Of a stretch of 32,000 nt of DNA, positions 1-9,578 are shown piece by piece (within the stretch, counting starts at the first letter, position 1; each line of letters begins with the position of its first letter). The notes beneath the pieces were generated by a model. It had not been told where the DNA came from. It saw nothing but the letters and a program-made list of their open reading frames with translations, and made no database searches. The position numbers and the translations under genes were made by a program. Origin of the DNA: Crocosphaera subtropica ATCC 51142 (GTDB taxonomy: Bacteria > Cyanobacteriota > Cyanobacteriia > Cyanobacteriales > Microcystaceae); the NCBI RefSeq assembly GCF_000017845.1, contig NC_010546.1:1890001-1922000 (forward strand), given 5' to 3'.

Positions 1-167
1 TCTAAAATAGGGATAGTGTCAATCTTAGAGTGACTGGCAAAAGCAACCGTTAAAGGAGTTGAACGAGATCCAGGACAAATAACAGCAGTGGTTAAACCTA
101 AACGAGATAATGTCTCTACAATAATAGAAGACCATAAAGTATTAATATTGCGAAAATCAAGCTGCAT
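1..167 (-). CDS. menD: MenD (SEPHCHC synthase) N-terminal fragment; the gene runs off the left edge of the window
   Basis: Reverse-strand translation from the ATG at 167-165 gives [55 protein letters not shown]. This is the typical MenD/ThDP-enzyme N-terminus, including the [10 protein letters not shown] motif. It is absent from the ORF track because the window truncates it. Confidence 0.7.
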   Translation of the reverse strand, partial: MQLDFRNINTLWSSIIVETLSRLGLTTAVICPGSRSTPLTVAFASHSKIDTIPIL

Positions 168-789
168 TCTTTATTAATTAATAATTTCCTATTCGTTATC
201 TATTATCCCTTGTTTAATTCGATGATAACGTTCAATTGTCCATTAATTGTTAATGTTTTTGTTGGAAGTTGTACTATAATTTGTTAGATTCTGATATACA
301 TTTTTGTTTTTTTGTCAAGTAATGAGTGATTATACTTGGCTTTTGCTTAGTACAAATGGTCAAAATAATTCGTTAAAACAGCAATATTTTAGTTCATGAG
401 GAACTTGGAATAACCAAATAATAGGGGTTGCAGATGCTATTTTAAAAATTAGACACACTGGCTACAGATTTTCATTCTTACTAATCATACCATAAACGCT
501 TGACTTCGTTACTTATTGCGAATAATTCTTATCATTTGTCAAGAGCAGTAAACTTTCAATATTTTGTATTTTAAAAGTAAATCAAATCAATAATAATAAA
601 AACTTATATAATGAGGCAATTTATCATTGTTTCAGGAAAATAGTTCACTTGTCTCTTCCATATTTAGTGTCTTGTGCTTAAGATTGTAGATCCAAACGCT
701 ACATATAGAGCATGGCGAGTTAAGGGGTGAGTCACCTGTTGCCTTGCGTTATGAAGTTTGTGGGAATTCAATTGTCGGGAGAACAAAGT

Positions 790-3700
790 ATGAACCATCA
801 ACAAGAATGGTTAAATAGTTGCGTTGACGAGCAACTAATCGAATTGAATGTGACTACCTTAGAAGGGATGTCCCCTTCGGAGCATTTATTATATTCTGAC
901 GAGCTTCCCCGACGAAATGATGGCAGACTCAGTAACCATATTTTAAAGCGTTATGAACACACAGAACAAGGGGGTTGGTGGTGTTCAGGGGTTGACGTGA
1001 TCACAGGGGATGAAGACCTATGGGGATGTTTTAAACCCAAGCAACCACGACTGAGTTATGACCAGAAAAAGCTAATTAAATATGAACATCCACCCCAAAC
1101 CCCCACAGGCATTTTTGCCTTAAGAGTACCGTTGCATCTTTGGGCTAGTATGGCGCAACAGTATCATATTGAGTTTACCCTAGACAGGGTTGATCCGACT
1201 CAACCAGACGGAGGGTTTTGGCAATGGGTGATGGATCATCCTTCGATTCCCTTATGTATTACAGAAGGGGCTAAAAAAGCAGGAGCCTTGTTAAGTGCTG
1301 GATATGTAGCGATCGCCCTTCCTGGCATTAATAATGGCTATCGTACACCCAAAGATGAACAAGGAAATCGTCTCGGTAAATCTTATTTGATTCCTCAGTT
1401 AAAGAAGTTTACTAAGGGGAGACGAGAAATTTATATTACTTTCGACCAAGATAGTCAACCCCATACCATCAAAGCAGTTAATCAGGCCATGAGAAAGCTA
1501 GGTTATTTGTTAACTCAAACCGAATGCCAAGTTAAAGTGATCCATTGGAACCCAGAACAAGGAAAAGGGGTTGATGATCTTTTGAGCAATTATGGAAAAA
1601 AAGCATTTGATGACTGTTATCAAAAAGCTTTACCTTTGGAGATATGGAAAGCCAAAGAATTTACTCGGTTAACCTATGGAGCAAGTTTAGAAGTTAATCA
1701 TCGTTATCTTCCGAATTTAACCATTCCCGAAACGGCTAAATTAGTGGGGATAAAATCTGGTATTGGTACGGGAAAAACCGAAGGGTTAGGGAAAATTGTC
1801 AAACAGGCGATCGCCAACCATCAAAAAGTTTTAGTCATTGGACATCGTATTAAATTGGTTGAACAATTATGTCAACGGTTTGGACTCCCTTATATTACAG
1901 AAATCAATGAATATCCTCATCAGAAATGTTTAGGGTATGGATTATGTATTGACTCTCTCCACGAAAAGTCTCAGGCTAAATTTAATCCTAGTGACTGGCA
2001 AGATGCTGTAGTCATCATTGATGAAATTGAACAGGTCATTTGGCATGGTTTAAACTCTGAAACTTGTAGGAATAACCGTGTTTCTATATTGAGAACATTT
2101 AAGAAACTAATACAAATAGTGTTAGAAACAGAAGGTAAACTACTTGTTGCTGATGCGGACTTAAGTGATGTTTCTTTAGATTACTTAGTAACCTTGTCAG
2201 GAATTGATTTACAGCCATTTATTATCAGAAATAAGTGGAAACCATCTATCAACGATACATGGGAAGCCTATAATTATCCAGAAACAACGCCGAAACGTTT
2301 TATTAAAGATTTAGTCGAGTATATTCGTCAAGGAGGTAAACCATTTATCTGTTTATCTGCTCAAAAGCTAACTAGCAAATGGGGAACTCAAACCTTAGAA
2401 TCTTATCTAAATAAACTATTTCCTGATGCTAAGATTTTGCGAATTGATTCTCAATCATTGACCGATCCTCATCATGATGCGTATCAATGTATAACTCAAC
2501 TGAACGAGATATTAATTAATTATGATATTGTTTTAAGTAGTCCTGCCATTGAAACAGGGGTTAGTATTGATATCAAAGGTCACTTTACTTCTGTTTGGTC
2601 TCTAGCTCAAGGAATACAAACTCCCGCATCCGTTGTTCAATCTTTAGGACGAATAAGAGAGAATATACCCCGTTATCTTTGGTTAGGTTCTTATGGGTTT
2701 AATCAAGTGGGTAATGGTTCAACCTCTATCCCCAATTTATTAACATCCGGTCATCGTTTAACGAACTTAAATATTCGATTTTTACAGCAATCTGATTTAG
2801 AATCTCTAGATGATTTAGATACAGGTTTTCAAGCCGAATCTTTATTATGTTGGGGTAAAATGGCTGTGCGAGTTAATGCACAAATGATTCATTATCGAGA
2901 GAGCATTATTAGTGCTATTCAAGCAGAAAATCACAAAATAAATTTACCCAATAAAAAGAAAAATAATCAGATAAAAGAGACAAAACAAAAGAAACCTAAT
3001 TCCTCTAAAGCAACAAACAAATTAACAGAAACTATTGAAGAAGTCAGACAAAGCAATTATCAATTAGACTGTAAAAAAATCGCCCAATCTCAAGATTTAA
3101 GCGATGAAGAATATCAAATAATCAAAAAATCTTTAGTCAAAACAATTCAAGAACGTAGAAAACTGAAAAAATATGATTTACAACGTCGTTATTGTCTTCC
3201 CGTTACCCCTCAGTTAGTTGCCTTAGATAACGAAGGTTGGTATCAAAAACTTAGACTACATTATTTCTTAACCATAGGACGAAATTATTTAGCCGATAGA
3301 GATACAATAGTAGCCAAAAAACTAATTGAACAAGGACAAGGTAGTATCTTTTTACCCGATTTTAATGGTCGTCAATTTGGTGCTATTATTGGAACGATGG
3401 AAGTTTTAGGAATTCCTATTTTGTTAAATAATATAAATAGAAAACTAATCAATATTGATCCTGATCTTATAAAAATGGCAAATTTAGCTATCAATAATAG
3501 ACAAGATATTAAAACAATTATGGGAATTGGAATTGCTAAAAACGCCAGTCCGATTACAATTATTAGACGATTGTTGGACAAAATAGGATATGGTTTAACC
3601 TGTTGTGGAACGAAAACAATCAATAAAAAAAGGTGTCGACTGTATCAAGTTGTGACCCCCGATGATAAGCGAGACACAGTATTTCAACAATGGTTATTAA

Positions 3701-3864
3701 AAGACCAAAACTCCCCAGGAACCTCCGAACCTTGGTTTGAAGCTTATCAATTGCCACAATCTCAAAATCAAGACCCACAAGATTACAGCAAACATATACA
3801 GTTGAGTCTAGATTTTTCAGCCATCAACCACGGAGATAAAAAAAGACTGGTCACTGATAACTGA
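790..3864 (+). CDS. Toprim (DUF3854-like) primase-type domain fused to a P-loop helicase; homologue of the CyRepA-type cyanobacterial plasmid replication protein, here on the chromosome
   Basis: Track ORF 727-3864. Toprim-like motifs: CITEGAKKAG, ITFDQDS, GKGVDDLL. Walker A is GIKSGIGTGKTE and Walker B is VVIIDEIEQV. There is a Lys/Asn-rich linker around aa 730-760. The ORF-track start at 727 is GTG. I prefer the ATG at 790 (MNHQQEW), which is preceded by GGGAGA 8 nt upstream; the ATG at 751 is also possible. Confidence 0.75.
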   Translation: MNHQQEWLNSCVDEQLIELNVTTLEGMSPSEHLLYSDELPRRNDGRLSNHILKRYEHTEQGGWWCSGVDVITGDEDLWGCFKPKQPRLSYDQKKLIKYEHPPQTPTGIFALRVPLHLWASMAQQYHIEFTLDRVDPTQPDGGFWQWVMDHPSIPLCITEGAKKAGALLSAGYVAIALPGINNGYRTPKDEQGNRLGKSYLIPQLKKFTKGRREIYITFDQDSQPHTIKAVNQAMRKLGYLLTQTECQVKVIHWNPEQGKGVDDLLSNYGKKAFDDCYQKALPLEIWKAKEFTRLTYGASLEVNHRYLPNLTIPETAKLVGIKSGIGTGKTEGLGKIVKQAIANHQKVLVIGHRIKLVEQLCQRFGLPYITEINEYPHQKCLGYGLCIDSLHEKSQAKFNPSDWQDAVVIIDEIEQVIWHGLNSETCRNNRVSILRTFKKLIQIVLETEGKLLVADADLSDVSLDYLVTLSGIDLQPFIIRNKWKPSINDTWEAYNYPETTPKRFIKDLVEYIRQGGKPFICLSAQKLTSKWGTQTLESYLNKLFPDAKILRIDSQSLTDPHHDAYQCITQLNEILINYDIVLSSPAIETGVSIDIKGHFTSVWSLAQGIQTPASVVQSLGRIRENIPRYLWLGSYGFNQVGNGSTSIPNLLTSGHRLTNLNIRFLQQSDLESLDDLDTGFQAESLLCWGKMAVRVNAQMIHYRESIISAIQAENHKINLPNKKKNNQIKETKQKKPNSSKATNKLTETIEEVRQSNYQLDCKKIAQSQDLSDEEYQIIKKSLVKTIQERRKLKKYDLQRRYCLPVTPQLVALDNEGWYQKLRLHYFLTIGRNYLADRDTIVAKKLIEQGQGSIFLPDFNGRQFGAIIGTMEVLGIPILLNNINRKLINIDPDLIKMANLAINNRQDIKTIMGIGIAKNASPITIIRRLLDKIGYGLTCCGTKTINKKRCRLYQVVTPDDKRDTVFQQWLLKDQNSPGTSEPWFEAYQLPQSQNQDPQDYSKHIQLSLDFSAINHGDKKRLVTDN

Positions 3865-4000
3865 ATACCTAACTTGACAGCTAGATAACTGTCTGTAACT
3901 GCAAAGACATCAATAATAAAAAGTTTTATAGTGTAACTACAATGACCCTGTGTATTACTTATCTCTTTTTGAGATTATTTAGTTGCGTTTTGCCTAATTT

Positions 4001-4705
4001 ATGAATATTTCTACCATTAAGAGCGATCAAGTCAAATCTCGCATTTCCCCTTGGCTAATTCGTCTTGTTTATCCCCTCGGATCATGGATCGTACTACCCT
4101 TATATTTTGGTCGCATTACCATTAAAGGTCAAGAACACATTCCCGAAACAGGCCCGGTAATCATTGCCCCTACCCATCGTTCCCGTTGGGATGCGTTAAT
4201 CATACCCTATGCAGTAGGAAGAATGGTTAGTGGTCGAGATGTTCGGTTTATGGTCACTTCAAGTGAAATGGAAGGCATTCAAGGCTGGTTTATTCGCCGT
4301 TTAGGGGGGTTCCCTGTGGATGTGAAACGGCCGGGACCAAGCAGTTTAGAGCATAGTATAGAAGTGCTTAAACAAGGAGAAATGTTAGTTATTTTTCCAG
4401 AGGGAGGAATTTTTCGAGATACGGAAGTTCATCCCCTCAAACGAGGTGTGGCCCGCATTGCCCTAGAAGTAGAATCTCAACAACCTGGTTGCGGTATGAA
4501 AATTTTACCCGTAGCCATTGGATATAGTCAGCCTTTTCCCAGTTGGGGAACCGATGTTACGGTTAATATTGGTTCTGCCCTTGATGTCGCTGCCTATGAC
4601 ACTACCACAATGAAACGTAGTTCCGAAAAGCTAACTCATGATTTAGAATCTGATTTAAAACAAGCATTTAACCATCAATCTGAGGCAATGGTTTTTCAAA
4701 GCTAA
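4001..4705 (+). CDS. 1-acyl-sn-glycerol-3-phosphate acyltransferase family protein (PlsC-like)
   Basis: HX4D acyltransferase motif PTHRSRWDAL, an FPEGG motif (VIFPEGGIFRD), and an N-terminal hydrophobic anchor. Confidence 0.85.
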   Translation: MNISTIKSDQVKSRISPWLIRLVYPLGSWIVLPLYFGRITIKGQEHIPETGPVIIAPTHRSRWDALIIPYAVGRMVSGRDVRFMVTSSEMEGIQGWFIRRLGGFPVDVKRPGPSSLEHSIEVLKQGEMLVIFPEGGIFRDTEVHPLKRGVARIALEVESQQPGCGMKILPVAIGYSQPFPSWGTDVTVNIGSALDVAAYDTTTMKRSSEKLTHDLESDLKQAFNHQSEAMVFQS

Positions 4706-4971
4706 AATCAATGATTAATTTCCTTTTTTGTGTATGACCCCAGAAGGGATTCGTTTCTGATTTATTGTCAGGCGATCGCAGTTTAATATTTAACTGTAAA
4801 AAGTTTTTTGAACTGAATCGTTATTTGGTCAATTATTTAGTCATTATTGATGTCACCCTATGGAGTGTTTAGGGTGAGTTCAAATTAAGTTAATAGGTGA
4901 CGGAAATTGAACCATAGACTATACTTGGTGATACCATATAAAAATAATTTTTTAGAACGTTCTCCAAGGCC

Positions 4972-5811
4972 ATGGAAATTCTTGAAAAACTAGGGAAACC
5001 TAGCTATTTGCTTTTAGGTATCATAGCAGCTATTACTGCTCTTCACTTTACCCTCTTAGAACACGAAGGAAACCAAAACCTAATCAGTGTCAGCATTTTA
5101 ATTTGGTTAACTGCTGCTTCTTTATTATGGGATAAATATCAAGAAAAAAACCTTGATTTAAAAAGTAATCTACCCTCAACTGTATTAGGGATTATTTTGA
5201 TTGTGCTTGCTTTACTCAGAAGCATTTCTACATCAGGTTATCATTTCTTTCTTTGTCCCTTTATTTTTGCCGTTGGTTTAGTCTTACTTACCGCTGGGTT
5301 TAAGGGTTTTCAGTTTTATCGACAAGAACTTTATGTCTTCAGTCTTTTCTTATTATATCCAGCTATCATGCGTTTTTTGGGAATGATAGGAATGGAAAAA
5401 TGGACAGCTATATTTTCTACTTTTATGTTATATATCTTAGGTTTTCAACCCTATCGAGAAGGAGTCTCTATTATTTTACCCACGGGTAGGGTTGAAGTGT
5501 TATATAGTTGCGCCGGGATTGATATTGTTACCCTGATGATTATTTGTTCTATTCTCTTATTTTTTATCGTTCCTTTGAAAACCAGTCAGAAAATATTGTG
5601 TCTTTTCTTAGCTCCAATTATTGGGTTTTTAGTCAATTGTATTCGGATTGGTTTATTAACCTATTTTGTATCTAAATCTGCTGATGAAGCCTTTGAATAT
5701 TGGCATGGACAAGATGGTAGTTTAGCTTTTGCCATGATATCGGTGATCTTATTTGGTTTATTTTGCTGGTTTTCCTATATTCGTCCTCTCACGTTAGAAA
5801 GTCAAGATTAA
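4972..5811 (+). CDS. Cyanoexosortase (exosortase/archaeosortase-family membrane transpeptidase; A or B subtype not resolved)
   Basis: Polytopic membrane protein of about 8 TM helices. It has the family's Cys/Arg/His triad in context: YSCAGIDIV, VNCIRIGLL, EYWHGQDG. The size (279 aa) is typical, and the gene is followed by the usual partner gene. Confidence 0.7.
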   Translation: MEILEKLGKPSYLLLGIIAAITALHFTLLEHEGNQNLISVSILIWLTAASLLWDKYQEKNLDLKSNLPSTVLGIILIVLALLRSISTSGYHFFLCPFIFAVGLVLLTAGFKGFQFYRQELYVFSLFLLYPAIMRFLGMIGMEKWTAIFSTFMLYILGFQPYREGVSIILPTGRVEVLYSCAGIDIVTLMIICSILLFFIVPLKTSQKILCLFLAPIIGFLVNCIRIGLLTYFVSKSADEAFEYWHGQDGSLAFAMISVILFGLFCWFSYIRPLTLESQD

Positions 5812-5845
5812 GTCAATTATTAAGAAATTAAAAAAATAAAGAAAT

Positions 5846-6580
5846 ATGGACACATTACAAACCCACTGGCAAAAAACTAGAGTCAGTCTTTTAGGAGTTT
5901 TACTCTTAGGACTTTTAGGCGTTCTTACTTATAAAATTATTGTCCTAAAAGAAACTGAACAAAGTGAACAAAGTAATGATAACACTGAAACTGTAACAAT
6001 TCCTGACACGGTTCCCCTATCTAATTGGAACTTAATTGACACTAAACCCTTAAACTCCGTGAAAACGGAGGAGGAAGTAACACCAGTTCTAGGGAAAGTT
6101 TATGAATATACGAACAACCAAGAGAGTCTAACCGCAGAAATTCGTTACGCAAAATATAGCGGTAGTTTTAATCACTTTTTGATCAAAGAGATGGGAATGC
6201 CAGCAGCTACCATTAATCCTGATATTTATTATGAGAAAGGAGTGGGACATTATGCTCTGTTTGAATACGAAAATACAACCTATTTAGGGTCATGTATTAA
6301 TGCTAAAGGAGAGGCCACTGTCACATTAGATCAGTATAATAAAAATCGCTATTTACGGGGTTGGGGAGTCACCAGAACTTTTTTATGGTTAATCGGAGAA
6401 CAAGATTTAGTTGAATATCGTTGTTTATGGAGTGTCATGTCTATCCCCAATTCATCAGAATTAGACTTTACTATTAATATCGATCCCAACAATAAAGAAC
6501 TCAATGAAGTTGAGAAAAACCTAGAACAAGCTTGGTTACATTGGTATTCTTGGTGGAAAAATAACTTTCCTGATTATTAA
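5846..6580 (+). CDS. Cyanoexosortase system-associated protein (single N-terminal TM anchor, periplasmic domain)
   Basis: It lies 34 nt downstream of the exosortase on the same strand. It has an N-terminal TM segment (VSLLGVLLLGLLGVLTYKIIVL). Adjacency to a cyanoexosortase is the conserved context of this family. I recognised no catalytic motif. Confidence 0.5.
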   Translation: MDTLQTHWQKTRVSLLGVLLLGLLGVLTYKIIVLKETEQSEQSNDNTETVTIPDTVPLSNWNLIDTKPLNSVKTEEEVTPVLGKVYEYTNNQESLTAEIRYAKYSGSFNHFLIKEMGMPAATINPDIYYEKGVGHYALFEYENTTYLGSCINAKGEATVTLDQYNKNRYLRGWGVTRTFLWLIGEQDLVEYRCLWSVMSIPNSSELDFTINIDPNNKELNEVEKNLEQAWLHWYSWWKNNFPDY

Positions 6581-7482
6581 TTTAGTAATCCTAAAGTCTC
6601 GGTAAGCTTTGAGAAAACATTTTCAACTAAATCAGGAGATGTGGTATCAAACCACTCGATTTCTGGATAAGCACGAAACCAAGTTCGTTGACGTTTAGCA
6701 AACTGTCGGGTATGTAAAATAATTTCTCTTTCTGCTTCGGATAAAGATAATTTTCCTTGCAAATAATTGAGAATTTCTGCATACCCTAACGTCTTGAATA
6801 AAGGTAATTCCCAACCATATTTTTTAACTAACTTTTCTACTTCCTCAACAAACCCCATTTCGAGCATTTTTTTCGTTCTTATTTCAATTCTTCTCTTTAA
6901 TTCTTCAGTCGAACAATCTAACCCAATTTGTACAATAGGATAAGTGGGTGGGTTTTCTCCTTGTTGTTGAGAAATGGGGATTCCAGTCACATAAAATACC
7001 TCTAAAGCACGAAGGGTTCTCACCTGATCATTGGGATGAATTTTTTGACTACTTATGGTATCAACTTGCTGTAAAATTTGATAACATTGTTGTTGTCCTA
7101 AGGCTTCTAACTGGAATCTTAACCTCGGTTGTGGCGCAACTCTTGGAATTTTTAATCCTTTGACAATGGATTTAATATAAAGTCCTGTTCCTCCGACCAA
7201 AAGAGGAAAATTTGTGAGATTTTTATCGATCAAACTTTGTGCTTTTTCTTGATATTCTGCTAAGGTTAAGGTTTCTCTTGGGTCACAAATATCAATTAGA
7301 TAATGGGGAATTAAATCTTGTTCTGCTGGAGTCGGTTTAGCGGTTCCAATATCAAATTCTCGATAAACTTGACGAGAATCTGCACTAATAATAATAGAAT
7401 TCAGAGATTGAGCAATTTCTAAAGCTAAGGCCGTTTTACCTGTTGCGGTTGCTCCACAAATGACAATTAAGCCTCTTGACAT
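6577..7482 (-). CDS. miaA: tRNA dimethylallyltransferase
   Basis: N-terminal P-loop ICGATATGKTALA, the SADSRQVYREFDIGTAKP motif and GGTGLY. Length 301 aa. The stop codon overlaps the stop of the convergent gene at 6577-6580. Confidence 0.95.
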   Translation of the reverse strand: MSRGLIVICGATATGKTALALEIAQSLNSIIISADSRQVYREFDIGTAKPTPAEQDLIPHYLIDICDPRETLTLAEYQEKAQSLIDKNLTNFPLLVGGTGLYIKSIVKGLKIPRVAPQPRLRFQLEALGQQQCYQILQQVDTISSQKIHPNDQVRTLRALEVFYVTGIPISQQQGENPPTYPIVQIGLDCSTEELKRRIEIRTKKMLEMGFVEEVEKLVKKYGWELPLFKTLGYAEILNYLQGKLSLSEAEREIILHTRQFAKRQRTWFRAYPEIEWFDTTSPDLVENVFSKLTETLGLLN

Positions 7483-8035
7483 AATAAAAAATATTACCCG
7501 TTTTTTTTATCATAACAAAATTTCAACTAAATATTAAAATATATGACAAATTCTAACCCCAGACTTGAAGTTTATAGACTTGATGATTTATAGTCATGGT
7601 ACTATCTTGAAGTTTTAGCTAATTTTTATTTCAAAATAGCTAAAATCAATCACTCAAGAAAACACTGTTTTATTCAAAACACCAACAAAGATAAAATAGA
7701 GAAGAGATAGAAGTCCTCAAAAAAAAATGAGGTCTACTTGAATTTTATTTTTCCTCTGTTCAGACGTTCCCTATTCCCTAAAATCAAGAAATTTTCGAGT
7801 TTATTGATCAAGTTCATATTAGGATATTTATCATTAATAAAAGTTAGCGGTATTGTTAAACTTGTCCCTTAGTTGTTAACTTGTATATCCTTTTTATTGG
7901 TCAGTCATCTCTAATCCCTCAGTCAGATGAGAACTGCTATCAATCCAATTACTTATGGTAAGACAAGGATAAATCTTATCCTATGTAATTGCTTCTCAGA
8001 GTTTGAATCCTCTCTAGATTAACCTATGAAATCTT

Positions 8036-9472
8036 ATGGCAGTTTTTATGACCCTACTGAACAGTAAAGTTGGACAGATTATGACTACCCTTATTTTAAT
8101 TATTTTACTAATTGCAGGAGGGGTGGGTTATTTTGCTTGGTACAATTTTAGACGAGAAGTTCCCATTGTTTATAAATCAGCAGAAGATCACTTCAAATAC
8201 GGGTCTATTAATTCTGGGGGCATTCCTTTCTTTATTTGGGAAGTGTTACCCGATCTTTTTGCTGAACATTTACCCGGACCGGGAGGTTATCAATCTCTCG
8301 GATTTATTTGGGAAGAAGGAAAAGAAATGCCCATAGGGGTTTCTAAAAGCATCGTCGGGTTTCCCCGTCAGGGATCAACTTGCGCCCTCTGTCACAGTAC
8401 AACCTATCGCAAAAGTCCTAAAGATACCCCAACCCTAGTCTTAGGGGCCCCGACACAAAAGTTTGATTCTATAGCTAATATTCGGTTTTTAGCAGCCTGT
8501 GGCAATGATGCAAAGTTTACCCCCGACAATATCATACCGGCCATTGAAGCTAACCATCAGTTATCTTGGTCAGATAAGCTTCTGTATCGTTATGTGATTA
8601 TTCCCCAAACTCAAAAAGCCCTAATGGGTTTAGGACTAGGGTTTGCTTGGACTAACTCTCGCCCTGATCCCGGTCCTGGCCGCATTCCTTCGTTTAATCC
8701 AGTAAAATTTATTAACTTTAGGCTACCCCTCGATGACACCATTGATAATGTAGATGATCCTCCGGTCTGGAACCAAAGGAAACATAAAGGATTTGACTAT
8801 CATTGGGATGGGTTAGAAACCAATCTGACCGAAACCACCATTATGGGGGCTTTAGCTGCAGGAACCAAACCCGATAACGTACCCCTGGAAAATTTGCAGA
8901 GGGTTGAAGACTTCATTCGTTTAATTCCTCCCCCCGATTATCCTTTTGATATTGATCCCGTTTTAGCAAGCCAAGGAAAACCTATTTTTGACAATAACTG
9001 TGCCTCTTGTCACGCTTTTGGCGGCGATCGCACAGGAACCGTTATTCCTATCGAAGAAATCGGAACCGATGATCATCGCATCGAAATGTGGACGCAAGCA
9101 GCCGTTGATGGCTATCTAGCAGTAGGAGATGGAGAGGAATGGGATTTTACCCATGTGCAGAAACAAAATGGCTATGTAGCGGTTGCCTTAGATGGGATTT
9201 GGTTAAGGGCCCCGTATTTACACAATGGTTCAGTTCCTTACTTAAGGGATCTCTTAGAAGTCCCAAGCGATCGCCCCTCTACTTTTTATCGAGGTTACGA
9301 TGTCTATAATCCGAATCAAGTGGGCTTTATTTCCCAAGGAAGGGAAGCCCAACAAGAAGGATTTGCATACGATACCAATCTTGAAGGTAACAGTAACCAA
9401 GGCCATTTATATGGAACCAACTTATCAACTGAGGAGAAACAAGCCTTACTAGAGTATCTCAAAACCCTTTAA
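8036..9472 (+). CDS. Membrane-anchored dihaem c-type cytochrome, CCP/MauG-like
   Basis: Two CXXCH haem-binding motifs (CALCH and CASCH). There is a MauG/CCP-like APYLHNGSVPYLRDLL segment after the second haem site and an N-terminal TM anchor TTLILIILLIAGGVGYFAWY. The start is uncertain (8036, 8048 or 8081). Confidence 0.65.
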   Translation: MAVFMTLLNSKVGQIMTTLILIILLIAGGVGYFAWYNFRREVPIVYKSAEDHFKYGSINSGGIPFFIWEVLPDLFAEHLPGPGGYQSLGFIWEEGKEMPIGVSKSIVGFPRQGSTCALCHSTTYRKSPKDTPTLVLGAPTQKFDSIANIRFLAACGNDAKFTPDNIIPAIEANHQLSWSDKLLYRYVIIPQTQKALMGLGLGFAWTNSRPDPGPGRIPSFNPVKFINFRLPLDDTIDNVDDPPVWNQRKHKGFDYHWDGLETNLTETTIMGALAAGTKPDNVPLENLQRVEDFIRLIPPPDYPFDIDPVLASQGKPIFDNNCASCHAFGGDRTGTVIPIEEIGTDDHRIEMWTQAAVDGYLAVGDGEEWDFTHVQKQNGYVAVALDGIWLRAPYLHNGSVPYLRDLLEVPSDRPSTFYRGYDVYNPNQVGFISQGREAQQEGFAYDTNLEGNSNQGHLYGTNLSTEEKQALLEYLKTL

Positions 9473-9578
9473 ACTGTCATCTTGCACCAGTCCATAAAAA
9501 CTCAACAACAAACTAGCAACAATCTATTCTTAAGTAGTTATAGTCAAAACAAACCCTGTTCCCCGTTCCCTGTCTTGG

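Noticed and set aside
3372-3623. 83-aa minus-strand ORF inside the CyRepA-like gene
   Set aside because: It is entirely antisense to a long, motif-supported CDS. The hydrophobic Ile/Leu/Phe-rich translation is typical of reading AT-rich coding DNA backwards. No independent signal supports it.
592-3933. Possible direct repeat flanking the CyRepA-like gene: AATAATAAAAA plus an 8/11 match (592-613 versus 3912-3933)
   Set aside because: It has about 19/22 identity, but both copies are almost pure A/T in AT-rich intergenic DNA. Chance similarity is likely, and no recombinase gene is associated. This is not enough to call att sites or a target duplication.
4855-4885. Inverted repeat TCACCCT-N11-AGGGTGA upstream of the cyanoexosortase gene as an operator
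   Set aside because: It is a single 7-bp inverted repeat with no second copy and no adjacent regulator gene. It is too weak to interpret.
6948-7163. 71-aa plus-strand ORF inside miaA
   Set aside because: It is antisense to a confidently identified gene and has no motif.
8112-8336. 74-aa plus-strand ORF overlapping the 5' part of the cytochrome gene in another frame
   Set aside because: It is fully nested in the 478-aa ORF, which carries the CXXCH motifs. It is an alternative-frame artefact.
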